Made by a program: the position numbers and the translations under genes. Shown here piece by piece: positions 21,138-28,778 of a DNA stretch of 37,498 nt; position 1 is the stretch's first letter, and each line of letters begins with the position of its first letter. The notes under the pieces were generated by a model. It was not told the DNA's origin. It saw only the letters and a program-made list of their open reading frames with translations, and ran no database searches. The DNA is taken from positions 1 to 37,498 of the forward strand of contig CBDTTR010000002.1 of NCBI GenBank assembly GCA_965363405.1, in the 5' to 3' direction. This DNA is from an uncultured bacterium. Its GTDB lineage: Bacteria; Desulfobacterota; WTBG01.

Positions 21138-22064
21138 TTAAACTGAATTGATATATTTTTCCGCAGCAAAAGCTGCCGTAGAACCATCTCCCACGGCAGT
21201 TGCAATTTGCCTTAATAATTTGTTCCTTACATCACCAGCGGCAAAAACACCTGGTATGGAGGTTTGCATGTTATCATCGGTTTGAATAAATCCCTGTTCA
21301 GTTAATGATAAAACATTTTTCAACCATTTTGTGTTGGGCTTAAGACCGACATAAACAAAAACACCATCAACTTTAAGGGATAACATATTATGATTTTTGA
21401 CATTTTTCAAGAGGAGTGACTCTACAGCCTCTTCTCCCTGAATCTTGTCTGGCACCGTATTCCATACGAACTCTATGTTTTTACTGGCAAATGCCCTTTC
21501 TTGCAGAATTTTAATAGCTCTTAATTGATCGCGACGATGGATAATGTGCACTTTCTTTACTAATCGACTTAGGAAAAGAGCTTCTTCTAAGGCAGCATCT
21601 CCACCCCCGATTACTGCGACTTCCTTATCCCTAAAGAAAGCCCCGTCACAGGTAGCACAGTACGATACACCTCGCCCGAGTAGTTTATCTTCTCCTTCTA
21701 CACCCAATTTATTGGGTTCGCTTCCTGTGGCAATAATGAGAGCTTTACAGAGTAATTCTCTATCATTTGTCTTTAGCAATTTGGTGTGTTTATCAACTGA
21801 AGAAATATATTGAGCTGTTCCAGTTTCTACCTGAAGACCAAATCCCCTGGATTGTTTTTCCATGTTTTGTATTAACTGGAAACCTGAAATACTATCCTCA
21901 AAACCAGGATAATTTTCTATGCGTTCACTTTTGGTTACTTGTCCTCCCAATGCAATCTTTTCGAGTAGTAAAGTGCTCAGTCTTGCTCGTGAGGCATACA
22001 AACCGGCAGTTAGCCCGGCAGGTCCTCCCCCAACTATAATGATGTCATAAATGTGGTTGTTCAT
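21138..22064 (-). CDS. trxB: thioredoxin-disulfide reductase
   Basis: The FAD motif GGGPAGLTAG, the redox CATCDG, the NADPH motif GGGDAALEEA and GVFAAGDV. Confidence 0.95.
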   Translation of the reverse strand: MNNHIYDIIIVGGGPAGLTAGLYASRARLSTLLLEKIALGGQVTKSERIENYPGFEDSISGFQLIQNMEKQSRGFGLQVETGTAQYISSVDKHTKLLKTNDRELLCKALIIATGSEPNKLGVEGEDKLLGRGVSYCATCDGAFFRDKEVAVIGGGDAALEEALFLSRLVKKVHIIHRRDQLRAIKILQERAFASKNIEFVWNTVPDKIQGEEAVESLLLKNVKNHNMLSLKVDGVFVYVGLKPNTKWLKNVLSLTEQGFIQTDDNMQTSIPGVFAAGDVRNKLLRQIATAVGDGSTAAFAAEKYINSV

Positions 22065-22208
22065 CTCTTTTGGATTTTATGTTGAATAAGCTTTTATATT
22101 TTGATATGTTTCGTGCATACTATATAGATTATAATTTGTCTAGGTATCACATTAAGTAATACGGTATTCTAAAAATTCAACAAGTAAAAGTCAATCAAAA
22201 TATTTAAA

Positions 22209-23579
22209 ATGCGAACGGAGAAAAAGAAAACACATTTCATCTGCCAACTGTGTGGTTATCATTCATCTAAATGGATGGGGAAGTGCCCGAATTGTAATGA
22301 GTGGAATACTCTTGTGGAAGAAGAGATTCTATCAAATGCAGCTTCCAGGAATACCCTCACAGGTATTGGGGGTGAAGGAGATGTCCCTCAATCTATAAGC
22401 GAAATTGAAACAGATGAGGATTCTCGGATTAAGACAGGAATTGGTGAATTCGATCGTGTGTTGGGTGGCGGGATTGTTTTTGGCTCAGTTGTCCTCATTG
22501 GTGGAGACCCTGGCATTGGGAAATCAACGCTTCTTTTACAAGCATTAAATAAAATAGCATCCTCTGATTATAAGGTGCTATATATCTCCGGTGAGGAATC
22601 GATTCGGCAAACAAAAATGCGTGCTGAAAGGTTATCTGTGCTTTCAGCACAGTTGTTTGTGCTGGCTGAAAATTCATTAGAAAAGATTATAAAAGAGGTT
22701 CACGCGCTAAAACCAAAGGTAGTTGTTATTGATTCTATTCAAACTATGTACACTCTTGAACTTCAGTCAGCACCCGGTAGCATTGGACAGGTGAGGGAGT
22801 CTGCAGCCAGACTAATTATGCTTTCTAAGAGTAATGAGATTTCCACCTTCATCATAGGCCATGTAACTAAAGAAGGAGCGATAGCTGGACCAAGGGTACT
22901 TGAACACATGGTAGATACCGTTCTCTATTTTGAGGGTGATCGTGGACATCCATACAGGATTCTCAGGACAGTCAAGAATAGATTTGGCTCTTCCAATGAG
23001 ATTGGGGTCTTTGAGATGAAAGATTTTGGCCTCTCTGAAGTGTTCAATCCCTCTGAGATATTTTTGAATCAGAGATCGATAGATGTTTCTGGTTCGGTAG
23101 TGGTTCCCTGTATGGAGGGATCAAGGCCTATACTGGTGGAGATACAGGCTCTGGTAAGTCCTACAAATCTTGGTGTTCCCAGAAGGACTTCTATTGGCGT
23201 TGATCACCATCGTGTTTCTCTGCTGGCTGCTGTGCTTGAAAGACAGCTTGATACCCATTTGTATAACAAAGATATTTTTCTCAATGTTGCAGGAGGTATA
23301 AGAGTTGATGAACCTGCTGTTGATCTGGGTATTGTAGTTGCTATTGCCTCAAGTGTTTTAAATCAGCCAGTTGATACTAAAACGGTTTTTATTGGTGAAG
23401 TGGGATTAACTGGTGAGGTGAGAGGAGTGTCACAGATTGAGGTGAGATTAAAAGAAGCATCCAAGCTCGGCTTTAAAAGCTGTGTCCTGCCTGAAGTTAA
23501 CAGGGAGAGAATAAATACTGATCTACCCATAGAGTTATCTGGAGTCTCCTCCGTTAAGGAAGTTCTAAAGTTTTTGTGA
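22209..23579 (+). CDS. radA: DNA repair protein RadA/Sms
   Basis: A zinc finger (CQLCGY...CPNC), Walker A GDPGIGKST, the KNRFG motif and a Lon-protease-like C-terminal domain. Confidence 0.95.
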   Translation: MRTEKKKTHFICQLCGYHSSKWMGKCPNCNEWNTLVEEEILSNAASRNTLTGIGGEGDVPQSISEIETDEDSRIKTGIGEFDRVLGGGIVFGSVVLIGGDPGIGKSTLLLQALNKIASSDYKVLYISGEESIRQTKMRAERLSVLSAQLFVLAENSLEKIIKEVHALKPKVVVIDSIQTMYTLELQSAPGSIGQVRESAARLIMLSKSNEISTFIIGHVTKEGAIAGPRVLEHMVDTVLYFEGDRGHPYRILRTVKNRFGSSNEIGVFEMKDFGLSEVFNPSEIFLNQRSIDVSGSVVVPCMEGSRPILVEIQALVSPTNLGVPRRTSIGVDHHRVSLLAAVLERQLDTHLYNKDIFLNVAGGIRVDEPAVDLGIVVAIASSVLNQPVDTKTVFIGEVGLTGEVRGVSQIEVRLKEASKLGFKSCVLPEVNRERINTDLPIELSGVSSVKEVLKFL

Positions 23580-23582
23580 ACA

Positions 23583-23668
23583 AAGGGGTCAAATCTTTAA
23601 TCTTGACAAATGATAGTTTCCCTATGATGTTTGACATTGAATTGTCAAGATTAAAGATTTGACCCCTT
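23583..23668. repeat. 27-bp perfect inverted repeat with a 32-nt spacer between radA and psd
   Basis: The arms are aaggggtcaaatctttaatcttgacaa (23583-23609) and ttgtcaagattaaagatttgacccctt (23642-23668). No U-tract follows. The psd SD begins about 5 nt downstream. Confidence 0.8.
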
Positions 23669-23683
23669 ACTAGGAAGGTTATT

Positions 23684-24355
23684 ATGATGACACCTATTAG
23701 AAAAGAAGGTATATTTTACATAGTTGCTATATTAGTTGCTGCTACTATACTTTCTGCCTCTTCAATTATATATCCATTTTTAACGCTAAGGATTTTTGTC
23801 CTGGTAAGCTGGGTATTATTTATACTGGTGATTAATTTTTTCCGTGACCCGGAAAGGAAAACGCCTGTTGATGCTGCTAACATCATTTCACCAGCAGATG
23901 GGAAAATCATTGACATTCGGAAAGTTACTGAAGAGAACTTTCTTCACAGGGAAGTGACTCGTGTAAGTATTTTTATGTCAGTTTTTGATGTTCACGTCAA
24001 TCGTTCACCAGTTAAAGGCGTAATCGATTATGTGCATTATAATAAAGGATTATACTTACCAGCTTATAGAGAAAAGGCGTCGTTAGACAATGAGCAAATG
24101 ACTATCGGCTTTACGAGAAGTCCCAAAGAGAATGGTCAAGAGGAGTTGAAGGTTATGATTAAGCTCATCGCTGGCCTTATAGCCAGGCGGATTTTAGTTT
24201 GGAAAGGTTTGCACGATGAGGTTCAACAGGGCGAAAGGATAGGGATGATTAAATTTGGCAGCAGGGTAGAAGTCTATCTCCCACAAGAAGTTGAGCTCTG
24301 CGTAAAAGAAGGGAATAGGGTTAAAGCAGGGGAGACGATTATCGGTAAGATTTAG
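23684..24355 (+). CDS. psd: phosphatidylserine decarboxylase proenzyme (short type)
   Basis: FFRDPER, SPADGKI, VFDVHVNRSP and the self-cleavage G-S site in KFGSRV. There are two N-terminal TM helices. The SD AGGAAGG is present. Confidence 0.85.
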   Translation: MMTPIRKEGIFYIVAILVAATILSASSIIYPFLTLRIFVLVSWVLFILVINFFRDPERKTPVDAANIISPADGKIIDIRKVTEENFLHREVTRVSIFMSVFDVHVNRSPVKGVIDYVHYNKGLYLPAYREKASLDNEQMTIGFTRSPKENGQEELKVMIKLIAGLIARRILVWKGLHDEVQQGERIGMIKFGSRVEVYLPQEVELCVKEGNRVKAGETIIGKI

Positions 24356-24380
24356 AAAAATGCCTTTTGTATTAGTTAGC

Positions 24381-25331
24381 TCAAAAACCTGTTTTTTCAA
24401 TATCCTCTATATCTGAGGAAAGAGTGGTTCCAGCTTTTCCCTCATGAAGATTATTATAGAATCGCTGTGTGGGATAGGCAAAATCTATGTTTTTACATTT
24501 AGCAAATTCATGTAAAATATCTTCCCATATGGCATGTTCGCTGCCACGACGGCGACGAGGCTCGCAAAGATAACGTATTGTTAAGAGAACCCCACAGTCT
24601 TTTACACTTGTATAGACGATAGGTGTAAGCGTGCTATAAAATATCATAAATTTTTTGCTTGCCTCTTTTATTCTTTGCTCAGCGGTTTTGCTCAAATGTT
24701 CTGCATGTTTGCTTCCGATTTGCTGTAGTATCCCTTTTGCTTTTTCCCAGTTGCTTTCAAAAGTTACGAGTACAGGAATCTCATCCCAGATGTATTGAAA
24801 TCCTTTACTATAATTTGCCAGTGTCTCAATGAAAACCTTGCCATTAGGAATATGAAGGATTCTGCCTGTACTTTGATCTGCATCTACCCAATTACCTATT
24901 TCCATAAGAGTGAACTGAAATACGCGTATATCGATAACATCTCCAGCATTGTCTCCAATTTTTATTCGATCTCCAAGGGTAAACGGTCTGCGCGCGACAA
25001 TAAAAACCCAGGCAGCGACATTTGTTATAGGATCCTTTAGTGCAATGGCTATACCAGCTGAAACTAATCCTAAGAAGGTTGCCATTGATTGAAATCCTGT
25101 GTACCATACAAGACCCAGCAAAATTATACTAAAAGTAACTGCTGTGTAGGTTAAGGTTTCTCGCCATACATAACGGGTTCTAACATCTTCGGTTTTTCGC
25201 CACACTATTCTTAATACCAAAGTGCGTATAAGCCAAAGAACAAGAATAATGACTACTGAGGTTAATAGTTTTATTTGCAGATCAGGGATTAAACCCACTG
25301 TTTTTTGAATAAATCCAAATAAGTACGCCAT
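24381..25331 (-). CDS. MscS-family mechanosensitive channel
   Basis: Three N-terminal TM helices, then the beta-domain signature PFTLGDRIKIGDNAGDVIDI...ILHIPN. Confidence 0.8.
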   Translation of the reverse strand: MAYLFGFIQKTVGLIPDLQIKLLTSVVIILVLWLIRTLVLRIVWRKTEDVRTRYVWRETLTYTAVTFSIILLGLVWYTGFQSMATFLGLVSAGIAIALKDPITNVAAWVFIVARRPFTLGDRIKIGDNAGDVIDIRVFQFTLMEIGNWVDADQSTGRILHIPNGKVFIETLANYSKGFQYIWDEIPVLVTFESNWEKAKGILQQIGSKHAEHLSKTAEQRIKEASKKFMIFYSTLTPIVYTSVKDCGVLLTIRYLCEPRRRRGSEHAIWEDILHEFAKCKNIDFAYPTQRFYNNLHEGKAGTTLSSDIEDIEKTGF

Positions 25332-25368
25332 TGTTTAACGATACCTTTTAGAGGGATGAAACAATAAG

Positions 25369-26265
25369 TTAAAGAAGCGCAGTACTAAAATACCTTTCCA
25401 CCCTGTCGGGTAATATGGTTACGACTTTGTTTCGTCCATTGTCCATATGAAGAGCGGCAAAAACGTTTGCTCCAGAAGAGGTTCCCACTAACAGTCCTTC
25501 TTCTTTGGAAAGTTTGCGTGTGGTTTCAATAGCTTCCTCGTCGGAAACAGTAAATACCATATCTACAAGTTTCAAATCCAGGACATCAGGGATGAAACCA
25601 TCACCGATTCCCTGAATCTGGTGAAGTCCTGGTTCTCTTCCCAATAAGGCAGCACTGTTTTTTGGTTCAACGGCTACAATCTTGATACCAGGCCTCTTCT
25701 CTTTTAGGAACTTTCCTATTCCCTGGAGTGTTCCGCCGCTTCCTACTCCTGCTACAAAGATATCAATTTCTCCATTTGTGTCATCCCAGATTTCGGGAGC
25801 AGTTTGCATATAATGAATTTCAGGGTTGTGAGGGTTTGCAAATTGATTTGCCACAAAATATTTTTCAGGTTCTAATTGTGTAATTTCCTGCATTTTCTTT
25901 AAACTTCCCGAAAGGCTCTCTTCGGCAGGTGTGTAAATTATTTCTCCACCGAAGGCCTGAATGATTTTCCTTCTTTCTACACTCATATTCTCAGGCATCA
26001 AACAGATTACCTGGTAGCCTTTTTGTACTCCCACCAGACTCAATCCGATTCCTGTATTACCAGAAGTGGCTTCTATAATAGTCATACCGGCTTTAAGCTC
26101 ACCTTCTTTTTCTGCTGATTCAATGATTTGTTTGGCGACCCGATCTTTAAGGCTTCCCCCGGGATTCAGAAACTCCGCTTTGCCAAACACATTTCCGGAA
26201 GACATTTTTTTTAATCGAATCAGAGGGGTATTCCCCACTGCGTCAAGAACAGAATCTAAAAGCAT
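25369..26265 (-). CDS. cysK: cysteine synthase (O-acetylserine sulfhydrylase family, PLP-dependent)
   Basis: GNTPLIRL, the PLP lysine in GGSLKDR, ATSGNTGIGL and GVGSGGT. Confidence 0.85.
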   Translation of the reverse strand: MLLDSVLDAVGNTPLIRLKKMSSGNVFGKAEFLNPGGSLKDRVAKQIIESAEKEGELKAGMTIIEATSGNTGIGLSLVGVQKGYQVICLMPENMSVERRKIIQAFGGEIIYTPAEESLSGSLKKMQEITQLEPEKYFVANQFANPHNPEIHYMQTAPEIWDDTNGEIDIFVAGVGSGGTLQGIGKFLKEKRPGIKIVAVEPKNSAALLGREPGLHQIQGIGDGFIPDVLDLKLVDMVFTVSDEEAIETTRKLSKEEGLLVGTSSGANVFAALHMDNGRNKVVTILPDRVERYFSTALL

Positions 26266-26488
26266 AAGAATCTCCTTTTATCCTATTGATTAATAATTCA
26301 TTAAAGATATAGCTTGCATATTTAAATGATGATATCCAAAATATCAGAATTATTCAATCAAAATTTGAATCGACATTTTTTCTTGATAAGATTACTTTTT
26401 TTTTGGATAAATTTCTGGTCTTGCTTTCAATAGGAGAAATTGAATATATAAGTTGGTGTATTATATTTACTGTTATGTTATTTTTCAT

Positions 26489-26517
26489 TTGACACATTTC
26501 TGTCTTCACACTATACT
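26489..26517 (+). promoter_or_regulatory. near-consensus sigma70 promoter TTGACA-N17-TATACT driving the Lys-rich ORF
   Basis: The -35 is at 26489-26494 and the -10 at 26512-26517, with a counted spacer of exactly 17 nt. It lies about 100 nt upstream of the ATG at 26624. Confidence 0.5.
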
Positions 26518-26623
26518 CACTCAATCAAAAAAGCGTATATAAAACAATCTATTTATTTGCTTAATAATTTGAATTGATAGATATTTCGTACGATAAAATT
26601 GTAAATGAGCTAAAGGAGTTGAG

Positions 26624-26962
26624 ATGGGATCAAACAAAAAACAGACGAGGCTTCTACAGAAAGCGAAATTTGAGAAGTTATTAGCAGAGAGAAAAGCTTT
26701 ACTATTGGAAAAGGGTGTTAATAAAAGCAAGCTAAAAAAAGACAAAGCAGTAAAACACTTGCAGGCGGAGCTGAATAGAGCTGTAAGTGCTATTGCCTCT
26801 ATTGATGCAAGAGAAAAGGTGATAGAGAAAGCAAAGATTAATAAACAGAAGAATGCTGAAGAAAAGGCGGCTAAACCAAAATCGAAAAAGAAAAAAGCTG
26901 AAGCGGAACCAGCAGAAAAAGACAAAGGTAAAGAAAAGAAAAAGAAGAAGAAAGAAAAATAG
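26624..26962 (+). CDS. hypothetical highly basic Lys-rich protein (112 aa)
   Basis: A strong SD (AAGGAG) sits 5 nt upstream of the ATG. The N-terminal two-thirds looks helical and the tail is poly-Lys (KPKSKKKKAEAEPAEKDKGKEKKKKKKEK). I do not recognise a family. Confidence 0.6.
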   Translation: MGSNKKQTRLLQKAKFEKLLAERKALLLEKGVNKSKLKKDKAVKHLQAELNRAVSAIASIDAREKVIEKAKINKQKNAEEKAAKPKSKKKKAEAEPAEKDKGKEKKKKKKEK

Positions 26963-26978
26963 GAAGGGCAACCTCAAA

Positions 26979-27404
26979 TTATACTGAACATGTTTTTATG
27001 CCTTCATTCCTTAACATCGCTGCAAAAACGCCAGGCCCCTTTATTCTTTTAAAGTTTGAGCTGGTAAAATTAACACCACAAGATGGACTGTTTTCTTTTA
27101 ATATAGCTTTTTGTACTCTCAATAGCTTTGCAATCTTTAATGCTTCTTGAGCTCCTTTCAAAAATTCTCTTGTAACATCTCTTCCATTAATATCGATGAC
27201 TTTTGATATAGATCCAATAACGTCAAACCCTGTGCCATTTTGGATGGAAGCAGATGAACGCGGTGTAGAAAGTCCACCCAGTTGCTCGGGGCAGACAGGG
27301 ATGAAACCCTCCTCCTTGATTTCCTTAATGATAGCATCATTAATAGTATTGGAACCGTCATAACGGCAGTTGATGCCAACAAGGCATGCACTTACTATGA
27401 TCAT
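26979..27404 (-). CDS. DUF523 (TudS-like) protein
   Basis: VSACLVGINCRYDG, PVCPEQLGGLSTPR and SPSCG are the conserved Cys motifs of the DUF523 / thiouracil desulfidase family. Confidence 0.75.
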   Translation of the reverse strand: MIIVSACLVGINCRYDGSNTINDAIIKEIKEEGFIPVCPEQLGGLSTPRSSASIQNGTGFDVIGSISKVIDINGRDVTREFLKGAQEALKIAKLLRVQKAILKENSPSCGVNFTSSNFKRIKGPGVFAAMLRNEGIKTCSV

Positions 27405-27420
27405 ATGACCACATGCTCCT

Positions 27421-28464
27421 TCAGATAAATATGACCGCCTCCTCTTCTTCCTTCCGTTTCACTATCTCACCAATAACGTAGGATTTAAGTTGCATACCCT
27501 GCAATCGAGAGATGATATCTTTGGCTTCTTCCTGTGGAACGATAAGTACCATTCCAATACCATTGTTAAATGTTCTTAACATCTCGGCTTCACTAATATT
27601 CCCTTTTTCTTGGATGAGAGTAAATATCGGAAGAATCTCCCAGCTACCTTTGTGGATAGCTGCCTGGCAATTGGAAGGTAAAATCCTGGGAATGTTTTCA
27701 GTCAAACCACCACCGGTTATGTGGGAAATGCCATGGACATGAAACTCTGAAATAATCTTGAGCACTGGCTTTACATAAATTTTTGTTGGTTCTAAAAGTT
27801 CTTCTCCAAGATTCCTGCCAAGCTCTTCTAGCTTTGTATTAAAGTCAAGATTTAGCTGCTCAAACACTATTTTTCTTGCCAATGAGTAACCATTACTGTG
27901 CAAGCCGCTTGAGGATAAACCCACTAATTTGTCGCCCTTTTTTATTTTTAATCCGTCTATAATCTTGTCCTGATCAACCACCCCCACTGCAAAACCAGCG
28001 AGATCGTACTCTCCTTCTTTGTAAAAGGAGGGCATCTCTGCAATTTCACCTCCTATGAGAGCACAACCAGCCTCTTTGCAACCTTCATTTATTCCAGAAA
28101 TGACAGATTCCAATGTTTTTGGGTCAACTGCGCTGGTTGATACATAATCCAGAAAAAAAAGTGGCTCTGCTCCCTGTGCCAGTATGTCGTTAACACTCAT
28201 CGCCACAAGGTCAATACCAATGGTGTCGTGGATATTTGTCATAAAAGCGATTTTTAATTTTGTTCCGACACCATCAGTAGAAGCTGTTAGTACAGGTTTT
28301 TTATATTTTTGAGTGTCCAGTGAGAAGAGACCGGAAAACCCACCGATATCTGTTAAAACCTCAGATCGAAAAGAAGTTTTTGCAATAGATTTGATGCGTT
28401 CTACCAGCCTGTTTGTAGCATCGATGTCAACGCCAGCATCTTTATATGTTAATGATTTTTTCAC
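27421..28464 (-). CDS. purM: phosphoribosylformylglycinamidine cyclo-ligase (AIR synthetase)
   Basis: YKDAGVDID, DGVGTKL, DYV....... and the GGGLTENIPR-type C-terminus. It starts at a GTG preceded by AAGGGG. Confidence 0.95.
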   Translation of the reverse strand: MKKSLTYKDAGVDIDATNRLVERIKSIAKTSFRSEVLTDIGGFSGLFSLDTQKYKKPVLTASTDGVGTKLKIAFMTNIHDTIGIDLVAMSVNDILAQGAEPLFFLDYVSTSAVDPKTLESVISGINEGCKEAGCALIGGEIAEMPSFYKEGEYDLAGFAVGVVDQDKIIDGLKIKKGDKLVGLSSSGLHSNGYSLARKIVFEQLNLDFNTKLEELGRNLGEELLEPTKIYVKPVLKIISEFHVHGISHITGGGLTENIPRILPSNCQAAIHKGSWEILPIFTLIQEKGNISEAEMLRTFNNGIGMVLIVPQEEAKDIISRLQGMQLKSYVIGEIVKRKEEEEAVIFI

Positions 28465-28488
28465 TTTTTACCCCTTGTGCTAATTTTT

Positions 28489-28513
28489 GGGACGCAGATA
28501 AACGCAGATTTAC
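28489..28513. repeat. family B repeat terminus (GGGACGCAGATAAACGCAGATTTAC)
   Basis: This is the reverse complement of the atctgcg-type motif at 28622-28650 and 35130-35158. The cagatttac portion recurs at 35000-35008. Confidence 0.7.
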
Positions 28514-28621
28514 AAGATTTTAAATGTATCGTTGTGAAATGAAGAGCAGGCAAAGAGCGACGGGTGACAGGTTCTTTTATTATCACTCAACACTTTTTTA
28601 AATAATTTATGAAAATGTTTT

Positions 28622-28650
28622 TCTGCGGCTATCTGCGAAAATCTGCGTCC
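28622..28650. repeat. family B repeat terminus (TCTGCGGCTATCTGCGAAAATCTGCGTCC)
   Basis: Tandem (a)tctgcg units, in inverted orientation relative to 28489-28513. Confidence 0.7.
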
Positions 28651-28778
28651 TGACGAATTGTTTTTGATGATATGCAAAACCATAACTCTTGTCAAACCTT
28701 TTCACTTGCACCATAGAGTATAATTTGCTTAAATGAAAAAACTTTTAACGTATTATCAATTCAGACCTTTTTAACATT

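Noticed and set aside
23603-23628. TTGACA...TATGAT inside the radA-psd inverted repeat as a psd promoter
   Set aside because: The spacer is only 14 nt. Other TTGACA copies in the element lack an acceptable -10 box at 16-18 nt.
26521-26977. Minus-strand Phe-rich ORFs (134 and 81 aa) overlapping the Lys-rich gene
   Set aside because: They are the reverse-complement artefact of AAA/AAG-rich coding sequence (TTT/CTT). The plus-strand ORF has the SD and the promoter.
28510-28695. 61-aa minus-strand ORF between purM and recG
   Set aside because: It lies within the family B repeat unit (GRRFSQIAAEK comes from the atctgcg repeats). It has no SD.
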